Of a stretch of DNA of 64,000 nucleotides, positions 42,806 through 55,988 are shown in pieces. The DNA is from Flectonema sp. DT1601 (Eukaryota). The notes under the pieces were generated by a model. It was given only the letters and a program-made list of their open reading frames with translations, had not been told where the DNA came from and did not search any database. Location of the stretch: the NCBI GenBank assembly GCA_964019425.1, contig OZ025806.1, positions 372,001 through 436,000 on the forward strand, written 5' to 3'. Numbering within the stretch: the stretch's first letter is position 1; each line of letters starts with the position of its first letter. Position numbers and translations under genes: made by a program.

Positions 42806-45754
42806 ATGGATTTTCTCAACGCGGGAGATGACGGAATGTACATGTCGGAAACATCCTCAGCTGTACTCGATTTGGATAAATGTTTAGCAGTGTGCAGTAA
42901 GTCTGGATCTGATATACTACTTGACAGCACTATCGGTAAGGCAATGCTTCATCATCTAATAAAAACACCTGATAAGGTGGCAGCAGCCATCGTTCCATTA
43001 GTATTTGACATTAAAGTCCGTTCTCAAATTTTAGAAGTGGTGAAATTTTTACACACGGCGGCATCCCAAGACAGCCTGGATACGTATAATAGTTTCATGT
43101 CTGTTTTTTGTAATATTGTGAAATCTGATGGGAATGTTGAAGCTTTATTTTCAACTTGTTTTATAATCATGGAACTGTCGAGTTCACTCAGAAACTTATC
43201 AGAAAAACAAAAAGTATCTCAACAAGACATGATCACATTGTTCTTAAGCTATGCAATCGATCTTTTAAAGATCGCAACCACTACGGGAACTGTATCAAAA
43301 AAAGATAAAAATAGACCTTCAAAGTTGGGACTAAAAGCAGTGCAGTGTGTTGGTTCCATTTTGTCTAACTTACCAGAGATTACGATAAAGAAGTACAAAG
43401 ACAGCTACAATGATGTAATTTGGGGATACTATTCTCATTCAGTTAACCTGTTAAAACTTGTTAAAAAATGGTACGATGGCCATAGACCAATTTTTGTTGT
43501 GATTTCATCGGCATTGCTTGAAAGATTAAATCAAATTTCAGATCAAAAATCAGTTTTAAAATCATCGTTTCACAATAATAGAAGGGTCGGAATTCAAGAA
43601 AGTGATGACCAAATCACATCCGACATCGCTGTGTCGGAAATTCTTTTAATTACTTATGAACAGATTGGTATATTAGTGTCACAGATAGATTTCTCATGTG
43701 AATTGCGAAAATTGATGTCAATTAAAAAGAGTATTTCTGAAAATCAACACACGATGTGGAACTACATAGTAAAACTATCAGTCTGTCTAGGATCACTGTC
43801 ACAGTCAGAACAAAAGGAACTATTCAACAGCAATAACAGAAGCGCTGCGAAGGAAAGGATAGCTCAATTGGTATCTCCTTTGCTGGTGTTGTTGAACACA
43901 AAATCTAATACTGTCCCTCTTGATGATTCCCTCAAACGGATTATTCATTGCATGCTGACAGTGGTAGTGACGAGTGAGGATAATATACTGCCGCAACTTA
44001 ACTTGTCTGAGTTCATTGAAATCGTGAGGGGATGCGGAGATTTGGAAAATTCTTCTCTCTCGTCAATTGCTGTAAAATTATCTGTTGGAAGGATTCGAAC
44101 CGTGGTTTCTGAACTTCTAAATTTGGGTAATAACGTAGCAATTTTTTCTGTTAAAGAAATATTTTTTTATCATAAAAATTCATTCGTGAATACCACAACA
44201 GAAACAGAACTCCTATCAGTCGTGAACACTGTTTTAAAAAGTGAATCCGTTCATTCGTTGGAGTTGATAAAGATTTTACCAACATCGAAATTAGTACTAA
44301 AGTCAATTCTACATCGTTCCTTGTCATCATCACCAACCACCATACCACCACGACTACTTCAAGAAGCATTCATCTGTATGTGCGTATCCACTAATTCGAT
44401 TAAAGTGTCATTTCTGTCCTTGCTGTATGATTGTTTTCAGGAATACAATGAAAGTAGTGGTGAGGCGTTTGATCCAAAAGTTAGAGAAGATGGAGGTGAG
44501 ATTGAGAATAATATGAATGCCCCTTTGAATCCTTCTGACATTGGATTTTGTATGGCAAAGAATCAGACTCCGAAATTTAAAAACATAACGGAATTATCGA
44601 AGGAAGCGATTACCTGTTGGATTGAAGTGGTGTTGGAAGAGGGTGAGATTCCTAGATTGGAAATTTTGGAGGAATTTTTAACATTATTTAGCAAACAGTG
44701 TAAGGAAGAATTCGTAGTCGCGTGTACTACGATTGCTACATCAAAATTGCTTCAAAATTCTGAAGGAAGAAGCTGCCCCGTTCAATCCGCTGCTCTAATA
44801 AAATGGATTTCTTCTTCAGTTGAAAAACTTTTAAACTCAAAACCGGATGATATCTTTTTGTGGTTGTCTCCGATGCTTGTTCTGAGGCCACTTTCGCAAT
44901 CGTTCTTCAATGATTCCGATAACAGTAAGCAAATCATACCTCTTTTAAAAAGCATCTCAGAAAAACACTCAGCTAAAGAAACACAACGTCTGTGTTGGGA
45001 AATTCTCTCTCGATGCAGACCTATCTATGAAGTGGTAGAAGGTGATTGCACGACAGAAGATTCACTCAAATTAAGAATATTTGCGATATGCAATGCGAGT
45101 GCTTCACTTTTAGAAAATCAAAACATATCCCAGAAGGATTGGGAATTAGTTTTGGATTGCCATCGTCTATACAATGACAAAATAATTCCATCATCGAAAA
45201 ATATTAAAGATTCCGTTGCATTGCAAGCTGCAGTGAGTGACTGTGGTAGTTTATCCCTTGCTTCAATAATGAGATGTGTTAAAAACCATTCACAAGAGGT
45301 GATGTTGATATTAAAAAAGATAAAAAAATACTCACCGGAGTTAATCTTATCATCGCTGTCGTATATTAGGAAAAGTAATTTGGGAATACCACCGACACTA
45401 CCTGAGATTATGATCAACGTAATTATTGAAGATGATGGATGCTTGTCTCCAATTATGTTGGAAATACTTTTTAATTTAGTATACTCATCTCCTTCAGGTT
45501 CACTTCATCTCAGAGACGTCACTCAGCTCACTGTCACCGCATTAGATGCCATGAGCGGATCTATTGAAAAGCAATTGGGAGGGTTGAAATTGCTTGGATC
45601 TCTCCTCGCTAAAACAGAACAATTCGCAGCATTATCTCCCGAAACTATCCAAATGGTGATCAGTTCTCTATCAGACATATCCTCACGTGGGAATGGAACA
45701 GAGCAACAGTTGGCTTCCCAACTACTTTCGGTTCTCCTCACGGGAGGGAAATAA
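42806..45754 (+). CDS. Hypothetical 982-aa helical (ARM/HEAT-like) protein
   Basis: Long intact L/S/I-rich ORF with amphipathic helices; no diagnostic motif recognised. Confidence 0.8.
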   Translation: MDFLNAGDDGMYMSETSSAVLDLDKCLAVCSKSGSDILLDSTIGKAMLHHLIKTPDKVAAAIVPLVFDIKVRSQILEVVKFLHTAASQDSLDTYNSFMSVFCNIVKSDGNVEALFSTCFIIMELSSSLRNLSEKQKVSQQDMITLFLSYAIDLLKIATTTGTVSKKDKNRPSKLGLKAVQCVGSILSNLPEITIKKYKDSYNDVIWGYYSHSVNLLKLVKKWYDGHRPIFVVISSALLERLNQISDQKSVLKSSFHNNRRVGIQESDDQITSDIAVSEILLITYEQIGILVSQIDFSCELRKLMSIKKSISENQHTMWNYIVKLSVCLGSLSQSEQKELFNSNNRSAAKERIAQLVSPLLVLLNTKSNTVPLDDSLKRIIHCMLTVVVTSEDNILPQLNLSEFIEIVRGCGDLENSSLSSIAVKLSVGRIRTVVSELLNLGNNVAIFSVKEIFFYHKNSFVNTTTETELLSVVNTVLKSESVHSLELIKILPTSKLVLKSILHRSLSSSPTTIPPRLLQEAFICMCVSTNSIKVSFLSLLYDCFQEYNESSGEAFDPKVREDGGEIENNMNAPLNPSDIGFCMAKNQTPKFKNITELSKEAITCWIEVVLEEGEIPRLEILEEFLTLFSKQCKEEFVVACTTIATSKLLQNSEGRSCPVQSAALIKWISSSVEKLLNSKPDDIFLWLSPMLVLRPLSQSFFNDSDNSKQIIPLLKSISEKHSAKETQRLCWEILSRCRPIYEVVEGDCTTEDSLKLRIFAICNASASLLENQNISQKDWELVLDCHRLYNDKIIPSSKNIKDSVALQAAVSDCGSLSLASIMRCVKNHSQEVMLILKKIKKYSPELILSSLSYIRKSNLGIPPTLPEIMINVIIEDDGCLSPIMLEILFNLVYSSPSGSLHLRDVTQLTVTALDAMSGSIEKQLGGLKLLGSLLAKTEQFAALSPETIQMVISSLSDISSRGNGTEQQLASQLLSVLLTGGK

Positions 45755-45957
45755 AACTACAAAAAAAAAATAAAAAATAGTTTATTTTTTTTGAGCACAA
45801 ACTGCGAAGGACAACATTTATTTGATATATATTTTTTATTTATAAAACAGCTGTAAAAGTACAATAGAGATTTTAACTACTGAACTAACTGTGGTGTGAT
45901 AACGCTATTTCAGATAAACAAAAAACTCATCTCATCCCTCAGAATGAATAACAATAA

Positions 45958-47046
45958 ATGAACTCGGCAGAAAATCCTCTTTTGGTAATTGAAATCGGAG
46001 AGACAATTCGGATAGGAAGGGGAGGTGAGCCATCACCAGATATATGTATCCCAGCACAGTATGATGGAAGAGGACTACTACCAAATTCTCATGGAGGATA
46101 CACCCTCACATCAGAAAATGAAAAGTATTTATCATTGTTGTTATTATCTGCTGTAAAACGCATAGTTGGTTATGAACATGAAGAGTATAGATTAATTCAA
46201 AAGACCCTTTGCATGCTGTTGATCGCAAACTATGCTTCCGAAATATTCCGAGAACAAGTCGCCAGGATAGTATTTCAGTCTCTTATGTGTGAAGGTTTAT
46301 TTATATTATCATGTCCGATTGGCTCAGCCTACTCATTAGGAATGACGTCGGCTATCGTTGTAGACTGTGGATCAAAAGGGACGTGTGTTACCCCGATTTT
46401 CAATGGACTCACAGCACGTCTCGAGAACTGTCATATTAGTCCTGTTGGTGGAGAGTGTTTCACAGACACAGTCAGGGATTATATTTCAGATGAGAGGATG
46501 ATGGGCAACATCGAAGTACCGTATGAAAGTAGAAGTAATTGGATAAAAAATCAAGCTGAAAAAATAAAAGAAAAACACTGCTATGTCCCAATTGGTATTC
46601 CCAATAATGAAAAACAGAATGATGAGGTAATTTATCTTCCTGACGGTCAACAATTTTCATTGCCATACGAAACAGTCACATGTCCTGGTTACTTGACTGA
46701 TGCTACTTTAGAAGGAAGTGTTCCTCATTTAATGAGATCGTTAGTAAACAACGCGATTGATGAACATCAAGACCCAACCCCACTGCTGTCTGATTCTGTA
46801 ATTGTAACTGGTGGTGTTTCTCTTACGAGAGGTTTGCTTCCAACACTTCACAAGTCTTTAGCTGATGCTTTTCCAACTCACCGTATTCAGAAACCAGTAT
46901 CACATTCTAGTAACGAAGAACGTCGATACTCTCCCTGGGTTGGCGGATCAATCACGTCAATGTTTTTACCATCAGAACTTTGGGTAAACAGATCGGAATA
47001 TGGTGAAGAGGGAAGAAGAGTTATTCACAGAAAGTGTCCTCCGTGA
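45958..47046 (+). CDS. Divergent actin-related protein
   Basis: IVVDCGSKGTCVTPIFNG, YLPDGQ, VIVTGGVS, RRYSPWVGGSI, EYGEEG..VIHRKC. Confidence 0.92.
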   Translation: MNSAENPLLVIEIGETIRIGRGGEPSPDICIPAQYDGRGLLPNSHGGYTLTSENEKYLSLLLLSAVKRIVGYEHEEYRLIQKTLCMLLIANYASEIFREQVARIVFQSLMCEGLFILSCPIGSAYSLGMTSAIVVDCGSKGTCVTPIFNGLTARLENCHISPVGGECFTDTVRDYISDERMMGNIEVPYESRSNWIKNQAEKIKEKHCYVPIGIPNNEKQNDEVIYLPDGQQFSLPYETVTCPGYLTDATLEGSVPHLMRSLVNNAIDEHQDPTPLLSDSVIVTGGVSLTRGLLPTLHKSLADAFPTHRIQKPVSHSSNEERRYSPWVGGSITSMFLPSELWVNRSEYGEEGRRVIHRKCPP

Positions 47047-47361
47047 AGAACATTATAATTACCAAGTCGACTGATGAAGCATGTTCAAAATCTCTCATAT
47101 TATTATTAATTTGTGGTTCCTTTTTTTTTCTTTTTTTCCCGACAACATTAGCGAAAACCGCATTAGTTTTTTTTTTCTCAAAAGAAAAGGAAGTGATCCG
47201 GAGTTTGCTATGGTGGGCGTTGTGAGAATGATGTAAATGGTTTTTATTTTATTTCCCCCCCCTTTTCTTTTGCAGTCCTCCCTCTCCCTCTTCTCCCACA
47301 TCTCCAACCAACCCTTTCCTTAAAACACATAATGGAAGGGTAAATAAAGTAAAATATAATA

Positions 47362-50300
47362 ATGACTAACACTGATAACAGTGTCTCACCACAGGAAGGT
47401 TCTGTTCCAGACTCACCACATGTACTGAAGAGAACACTAAAAGGGTTTACAGAAGGTCAACCAGCTGAGTGGTTGTTTAGACCTGATCCTACAACACCAG
47501 CAGGACAACCATCCGGAGGTTGGATGTGGGTAACAAGTGAACATAGTGAGGGAGGAAGAGGTAGTGAAGGCAGCACTTCTCCTACTCTAAAAGGAGAAAG
47601 TAATGTTAGATTTGCAGCAATGCCTGACCCACAAGATCAGGAAGTCAGCGATCAAGAATCAGATCAATCTGACGGTACTTATGAAAAACCCCGGTGGCTA
47701 CTTGGCTACCTTCCGACATTTAGGGAATCATTCCCTGCGGAATGCAATACTTTTGCTGCTAACGTCGCTGTTGGACTTTTAAACGGTCTCGGAATGACGC
47801 TCGCAATGATAGTAACTGCTGCTTGGCTCTTCACCAGCACTCCAGAACTCGAAAATAGTCTCTCTTCAGGTATTAGTGTAATGCTTTTCTCTGCCGCATT
47901 AGGCATCACGTGGACGTCTTTATTTGGTCGTCTTCAATACACAATTTCAACACCTCAAGATGTAGTAGCAGTTCTTTGGGCATCAATGGCATCAAAGATA
48001 AGTGATCACTACAAAGATCAACCTGAGAAAGTTGCTCCAACTGTTTTTATATTAGTTGCGTTATCAACTGTCTTGACTGGTGTGGTGTTACTTTTGTTGG
48101 GATCGATGAAGGTTGGAAAAGTCATGTTAATGTTTCCGGCTCCAGTCACAGGTGGTTTCCTCGGAGCTATTGGGTACTACAGCGTGGTCAGTTCATTTAA
48201 AATAGCATCTGGTGCAGACTGGTCTCCGTATTTCTGGCCAACAAACTGGTCAGCTGATGAGGGAGGATTATTCCACCCTGGATCTGTTGCCAGGGTTGCT
48301 TGCACTGTTGTTTTTGTAATCGTTTTGAGAAACGTTCCTTGGTGGTGCGCAGAAAATGTCAATGTTAATTTTTTAAAAAAACTGTGGGTTACGATATTTA
48401 TGTTAGTACCTTTACCAGTGTTCTACATTGTACTAGTAGTGGCTGAAGTACCCCTGGAGACAATAAGACCGAGTTGGGTTTATGAAGAAGCGAACGCATC
48501 TGCACCATTCTATGAGCTGTGGCTGAACTATGACTTGTCTGCTTTAGATGCGACTAGTCTTGGTCTCGTATGGAGTGACTTATTAGTCGTTGCTTTTATG
48601 TCTACACTCTGTAGTATGTTAGGGTTATTAGGAATAACAGCACATTATCCATCAGGAACTGAGTCTGATCCAAACCCGTGGGAGAGAATTGATTACAATC
48701 ACGAATTACTTTGTATCGGTGCGAACAATCTTTTAATCGGATCAACTGGAGGTGCTGTTGTATTTTATAGAATCGGAGCATCAATTCGACAGCGAGCAGA
48801 TGGAGGTGACTATCGCCTTGGTCTTTATGTAGCCGGAATCTTTGTTATTGTTGTGTTCTGTTCTTCACTTCCTATAGCACCGTATGTTCCAAAATTTTAC
48901 TTAGCGGGATTTCAGCTTCACACCGGAATTGATTTCTTAAAAGGAGCGTTTTCCGGATTTGATAAGTACGGATGGGTTGATCGATTCGTGACAATTGTTT
49001 GTATAATAGTCGCAGCATTCTCTCAGAGTCCTGTTTATGGTATTTTTGCTGGTTTCGGTCTAGCCGTGATTTTATTTTTGTACAGCACCTCAAGAACTAG
49101 TCCAGTAAAGGAAGCATCAACTGGAGTTCATCTATCAAGTACTGAAAAAAGACCAGATTGGGAAAATGATTTTTTGATGGTTAGAAATGGAGTAGCAGAA
49201 CAGGCTTCTTCTGGGATAGTAGTGTTGCAATTACAGGGATTTATGTTCTTTGGAACTGTGCTATCTCTTTCTGATGCTTTGGCGGATACCCTCACCCAAA
49301 ACTCTTTGAATGATAAACTTCGTTATATAATTCTCGACTTTGCATCGGTTCCATACGTCGATCCATCGGCCGCAGATGCATTCTCAAAAGCCCGAGCAGC
49401 AGCAATAAGAAAGAACGTAACTCTTCTCTTCTCTGGTATGGTTCCTAAAGTCGCAAGAGTATTAGCAATGAGTGGTGTTATTCATATCGCAGCAGCCGAT
49501 GCGATAGAGAATGATGCGGTTGGAATGTATTTAGAAGATGAAGTAGCCTTACACAAGTCATACAGCATGGCTGGGATAGAAGGATACATGAGTTATAAAA
49601 GGTCCCAGAGATCGTTTTTAAGAACTATCGTTGACAACAGAGATCGTTTAAACGCGAGTAATAGTGGACAAGACAAGGAAAGGTCTGGTAGTTCGAGCAT
49701 GAGAAGCAAGAGTATGAAAAGTTTATTGTCGTCAAAGAGTCTGTTAAGGAAAGGATCAAAGCAATATATGACTAATTCTCAACTATCTGCGTCAACTCTA
49801 CGAATGGATTCTGACTATCTATCCATATCTAATGTGAGAAGACTTCCCAGTCGAAGAGTTAAAAGGAAAACATCTTCAAATCCTTCAGTCGTTGCAAAAC
49901 CGACAAACAACTGCCCTGATGCTTCTTCTACGAGTAGTAGTCATAGTGATGTTACTGTTCCTGTCGCTGATAATAATGAAAGTGATTCTTCTTCTGAGGA
50001 GGGTGATACTTTTGTTCATTTAGATGAGGCTTTGTATTTCGCAGAACAACAATTGTTGTCATCTTTCTACTACAGCGATCGTCGTCGTCGATCGGATTGG
50101 AAACTCGGAAGTTGCATTGAAAGGCAATACCTTGAAGCAGCAAGACAACACAAATCTGCTCTGTCGAACTACGCACTATCGAAAATGCTTAACATTTCTG
50201 AGGCCGAAATTGCGGAACTCCGACCTCCTCCTGGATCAGACACTGGTCGTTGGACCAAACGGGTAGTTCTTGAACCTGGTGAGATATTGTTTAATGAAGG

Positions 50301-50753
50301 GTCAGATCCTAGTCTTTGTTTTATTATTTCGGTATGAAAAAATTGTTACTCTTTTACAATAATAAAAAAAAAAACACTCTAAAAATAAAACAGGGTGCAC
50401 TACACACTATTCGTCCTCCCCAAGGCAGGATATCAAGTTTGGTTCCAGGGACGCCAGCAAAGCTGTTGGTTCGGCAGTCTGCAGGAAATCTATTTGGGGA
50501 GGTATGTGCATCTTTGTTTATCTGCGTTATAAAAAGAAACAATAGACAAATCAACCCATCACACAAAAAACAGGCTAATTTTGTTCTAAATAAAAAACAC
50601 ACTCTGAAGACTGTTGCGAGTCAGGTTTGCAAGACAGAAGTGTGGCTGTTGCCGAGACCATCATGGGAACGTATGAAGGAAATCAACATCGAGCTGTATC
50701 AAGATTTAACCCAAGTGTTGCTTGAGGAGATGGCTGAAGATTCTGTTGGGTAG
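47362..50753 (+). CDS. SulP/SLC26 family anion transporter with STAS and cyclic-nucleotide-binding domains (3 exons, about 1085 aa)
   Basis: Many TM helices, PAPVTGGFLGAIG, LQLQGFMFFGT, YIILDFASVPYVD, GNLFGE. Exons 47362-50331, 50394-50501, 50574-50753. Confidence 0.9.
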
Positions 50754-51659
50754 GAGAAACATTGCGACGATCTGAAATGTTCGACTATCAGTTTAAAAGA
50801 GTGAAAGACGTTGAGACAGTCTTGACTCGAGTGTTCTTGGGGGAAGATGGCTGTCTTTGTCATTACTTGTCAAACAAACGGACCGAAGGCATCAACAAAC
50901 AAATCCATCAGCCAGTAGTTGTGTCTAAAAAATATTTCGCCAAAAAAAGAAATAAAAATTCTTTTTTTTTGGTTCTTATAAAATTATGATCAGAAAAACA
51001 ACATCATGCCACTGATGAGTGACGTGGATACAGATCTATATTTCACACTGGATTCAAAGGGTACTTTTTAAAATTATTATTATTTTTTTCTTTTCATTTT
51101 GGAACCCTCTCTCACCCCATCTGTAACAATAGTGGTTTTTTTTTTTTCATTTTTTTTTTTTTTTTTTTTTTTCTTCTTCCTCCGACGAAGTCGGAGAGGT
51201 AGCTATTTTTTGATCGAGAGCATCTATTCGCACTACACACGCAATATGAGACTCATCTGAATGGTTTTTTTAGTTGAATAAAAACATTTTTATGTGTGTT
51301 TTTTTTTATAGAAAAAATGAAGTCATTTCTATTTTTAGTAATTGTCTTTTGTCTTGTTTTTTTCCCCCAGCCTCTTATAACTTTTATATCACAGCTTTTT
51401 TTTCCCCTGCCGTCAATTGCAGAGTGTTAGCCTGTATTAACATTTTAGTCACTGTGTCATGAGTTTTTTAATTTTATTATTGAGTTCTGATGCAATACAG
51501 ATATTTATATTCGTATGAACCTAATCAAACAGTCTTCCCCCTGCCACAATAAAAATCTCAAGTACTTGATATTAATTTTGTTTTTAATACCCTAAAGTTG
51601 TTACTGTTTTTACATTGTCAAAGTTTCACCCCTGCCACAATAAAAAAAAAAGTTAATAA

Positions 51660-52432
51660 CATAGATGGAAGTGCCCTACAATTTGGAGGGCGTGTAGGGC
51701 GCTTGTAGGGCGCTTTTAATATAAATATTGTTTTGGAGGGCGCTTTTTTTTACCTTTTTTATTACTATAAGACAGCTAAATTGACGTCGACTTACACTGA
51801 CGCACAAGTATTTTGACGCAGAAGCCAAAAAAAATTTTTGACATGCTTGGCAGTCTTTCGAAAAAGAGAAAAAAGGGTGTCACGGGGTTCGAACCCGAGA
51901 CCTCCAGGTCATGGTTCGGAGGTCAACAATGGCAAAAACAATGGGCTACTCCTTGAGAGCTTCCGGAGCCTGCTACAATCCCTGAAGCTGAAACTCATTT
52001 CAGTGGACGATGCATCCTCCCAGATCTACAAGGAGCTGATTAGCCCGCAGAATGCACCGAGTCGAATATAGAGGGATTCGAGGAGGGAGAGTGCGTTCTT
52101 ACTAACCTGTTAATAGGCCGGTCTTCACGGTACCTTGTGAGAAAAAAAAGAAGTTTACTGGTGGCAAGTAAACTGATATCCCAGAGACGCATTTGATCGG
52201 GCGAACCGGAGAAAAGTCAAATAAGATGCGATTCGACCCTCGCTGAGGGCAGGGGTGTGTCAAAATGAGCTCGGCATTATATTAAATTTAATTAAAAAAG
52301 CGCCCTACGCGCCCTCCAGCGCCCTATTTTGGCCCTATTTTGGCCCTACAATGGCCCTATTTTGGCCCTACAAATTTTTGTGGCTGATTTTCACCAGGCG
52401 CCCTCCAAATTTGGAGGGCACTTCCATCTATG
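51660..52432. mobile_element. MITE-like non-autonomous TIR element
   Basis: About 33-bp TIR catagatggaagtgccct...ttggagggcg and its reverse complement; flanked by TAA on both sides (or AATA if the TIR is read 1 nt wider); mirrored subterminal agggcgc/gccct repeats. Confidence 0.85.
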
Positions 52433-52452
52433 TAATAAGGTGTTATTGATAA

Positions 52453-52491
<39 letters not shown>

Positions 52492-54968
52492 CATTTCTTT
52501 TCTTCATCCCTTTCCCGTTATAAAAAAAAGGCTTTTGCACACAAGTTAAAAAAAAAAAAAAAAAAAAAAAAACTCAATCATAAATTACTAATTGTTTATG
52601 TTAGTTAACTTTGATACAATACACAACACGGATATTTCATATTTCAAATTAAGTCAAGTAATTATCTCATTGACAAATTAAATGTCACCGTATCTTTAAC
52701 ATGTTATGATACGAATATAGTTTATGTTTTTACAAAATCGAAACAACGATCGCTCTCAATGGCAAGTTTCTCAACGAGGGGTTCATTCGCTAGTGGGGGA
52801 GAGGCAAATTATTTTTTTCTACAACGATTTTTGTTGGCGACCTTTGATTATTTATTTAAGCTACTGCCCAAAAAAAAAAAAAATAAAAAAAAAAAATAAA
52901 GAAAACAGTATCAATTTCACCCCCTGGGCGTTCACTGTGCTCACCCTTTACCTTACTTTGATTTTATTTTATTTTCCCTTTCCCTTTTTTCCCTTTCCCT
53001 TTCCCTTTCCCTTTTTTTTTTTTTTTTCTTGCCCTCTCTCATTGTGTTTAAAATAAAATGTCGATCCAGAAAATGCTATGCATGTGCAAAGCAGCACACA
53101 ACGACATTCACGAGAGCATTCAATGGACACTGTTATTTTGTCTGAGCTGCAATTTCTTTTTCTTTCTCATAACGCTTCCCCTGCCAACGTAAAAAAAAAA
53201 AAAAAAAAAAACAAACGGGGAAAACAAAAACAAAAGAAGAATCCAATTTATTGTCGTGAAGCTCCAATAAGGTTTTTGTTATTAGTATTTTTGTTTCGAA
53301 TAGTCGCAATTTGGTCTTTTATCCCTGTAATAGGATGTTCCTGGTATGTGTCTTCATTCCAGTTGTACATTTCCCCCGCTTTACTGCACTGAATGACAAC
53401 ACGGAAAAAGAGATGTGTATGCAGCTAAGTTAGAAACATGTATTATAATGTAAAGTATTTACGTCAATCGCAGAGTGTTTACCTACACTAACATTACCTT
53501 TAGTCAACTGAATCTCAGAACTAATGTTAAATTATCGTTATGTTGTTTATGATGCAATACATTTGTATTTTACGTACAAACTCGAACAGTTAACCCCCCG
53601 TTTTTTTTTTTTATTCTTTTTTTTTTTATCTTGCTATTGCCGAGTTATTTTATCCTCTATGAGTCTGTCCGTCTGTCTGTCTGTCTGTCTGTTTGTTTTT
53701 AAAATCGTTTTTTTTTTTTGTTTTTTTTTGTGTAATTTTTTTTCTAACCAGCTATTAAAAAGAGAAGCCTGGTTATGACGAGGCGAAAGATCCATGAAGA
53801 AATGTTGTGTGATTTTTTTTTTTTTTTTTTTTTTGTATTTCTCTCAAAAATAGTCTTTTGTGTTTTGTATAATACTACGCTGTGCTGTTATTCACTTTTT
53901 CTGTTTATTATTTATCTGTTTGCCAGTAGCGGTGTTTATATTGCTGTTTGTTTGTAAATGATGGTGTCATCAAATTCTTTTTCAAGTTTCAGCGTACAAG
54001 ATTGAGCCTCGTGTTTTGATCGGATCATGTCCCCTTCTCCCTCCTTCCCCCCTTTCCTCTCTCTCAACACCAATAATTGATAACTTGAGAGAATATAGGC
54101 GGTAGGGATTGTTTTTGGTTCTTTCTTTTTTCCCTTCTTTTGTTCTCTCCAAAAAAAAAAAAAAAAAAAAAAATCTCTGCCTCTCTCTCTCATAATGTAT
54201 TTTCTACATCACATTTGGTATTGGGAATAGATCATTTTTTTTTTTTTTTTTTTTCACCTCCCCTCCCTTTTTTTTTTTTAAAAAAAAAGAACAGAAGATG
54301 AATAGGACAAAAGACATGTTATAAGTTGCTTGTCGTCCTTAAAAAACTAAAACACCAAAAAATTGCTCCGAAATAAGTGACAGTCGCAACAGATGTATTT
54401 ACTATGAAGAAAACATTTCTATTTTCTTTTCTTTCATTCAAAACAATCGCCTCATGAAGGCAACAAATACAAAATAAGGAAGAAGTGAATTTGATGTTTT
54501 TTCACTCGAAATGCCTTCCGGCATCCGGTAGTTGGGATCGAAGTATTTTTATTTTAATACTAGTCAAGCTAACATTTAATTTTGTTAACAAGATGTCAGA
54601 CTATGAGAGCAGCAAGTGGAGAAGTGAGAGTCTGATGTGTTCTTCTTATCAATTGGGCAACACGATTCCAATCATATAAATGTCGTGAGTTCATACAGTC
54701 ACAAAGATTACCTGTCTCGTTGGAACTGATAAGTTGGTAGTATAGATAGAAGTCCGTGGTACAGAAGCTGAGATATCTGCCTGCTGTCGTCTTTTGTTGT
54801 ATCTAATAATGTGATATGGTTACAGGTTTACTACGTATCGAAATGATGAGAGAGGGGGAGGGAGAGGGTTGGTTATTAATAATCGCATTATCGTTTTTTT
54901 TTTTTTTTTCCCCTTTATATAAATTTTAGTTTATTAAAAACAACAGCCGCCATATAAGAAATTAACAC

Positions 54969-55307
54969 ATGCCGGTAACACTAAAAAAGATCGTCGAAGG
55001 TGACGGGAAAACATATCCAAAAAAGGGACAAATTGTAACTGTTGACTACACTGGTAGATTAGAGGGAGCAGCTGAACCCTTTGACTCAACAAAAGCACCA
55101 AAGGGAAGGGGGAAGCCATTCAAGTTTAGGCTTTGGGGTGGTGAAGTGATCAGAGGTTGGGATGAAGGGGTGAGTCAGATGACTCTAGGAGAACAATCAG
55201 AAATAACGATGACACCAGATGTGGCATATATGGAAAGAGGATTTCCGGGACTCATCCCTCCACACACTACCATCGTATTCGAAGTACACCTGAAAGCTTT
55301 TTCGTAG
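54969..55307 (+). CDS. FKBP12-type peptidyl-prolyl cis-trans isomerase
   Basis: GDGKTYPKKGQIVTVDYTGRL, FDS, EVIRGWDEGV, PDVAY, GLIPPHTTIVFEV. Confidence 0.96.
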   Translation: MPVTLKKIVEGDGKTYPKKGQIVTVDYTGRLEGAAEPFDSTKAPKGRGKPFKFRLWGGEVIRGWDEGVSQMTLGEQSEITMTPDVAYMERGFPGLIPPHTTIVFEVHLKAFS

Positions 55308-55988
55308 CTTCTGCTCTCTTCAACAAGCAGGTCTAATCGAACTGAAGGTATAATAACGTCTCTTTTTTCTTTTTTTCCCTCAATATTCTTCTGGCTTACA
55401 ATCTGTATAAGATTTCTACTTCTTTATCGAACAGTTGTTGTCTTGATGGTCTTTGTTGTGTTCTCTTTTGCACAGACACCTCATCAACACAATATTCCCT
55501 GTTGAAGACTCAGTTACCAGTAGTGATGTTCTAAGGGAGAAAAAAGAATGGGAAAAAAAAAAAAAAAAAAAACTGCTGCCTTCACAGGAAGTAGGGACGC
55601 TTTTCTTCTTCGTTTCTTTTTTTTTTTTTTTTTTTTTTTGAGGGAGAAGCAAGTCGTCCATGATTGTTTATATATTTAAAGGGTTTTTATACCTCCCCAA
55701 CCCTTTCCTATGTTCATAGAGGTACAGGAACTGTCATCAGTGACGGTATTCTTTCTGTTTAGTAAGTAACAAGTAACCAATACGATTACTACCTGATAAG
55801 GTTTTATGTTAATTAATTTTAGTTATTATTTTCTTCTTTTTTTTTAAATCCTCTCCCCTCATCCTGAGACAGGTATTGGGTTCAATGTTCGTAAGAGGTA
55901 AGTTATCAAGTTTTCTTTTTTCCCCATTTTTTGTCTTGAAATAATAATTATTTCCCCTCACCCAACAAAGTCGGTGTAGGCTCATCTA

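Noticed and set aside
52440..54960. Many short Phe/Lys-rich ORFs
   Set aside because: Products of poly-T and poly-A tracts in intergenic or UTR DNA; no domain evidence.
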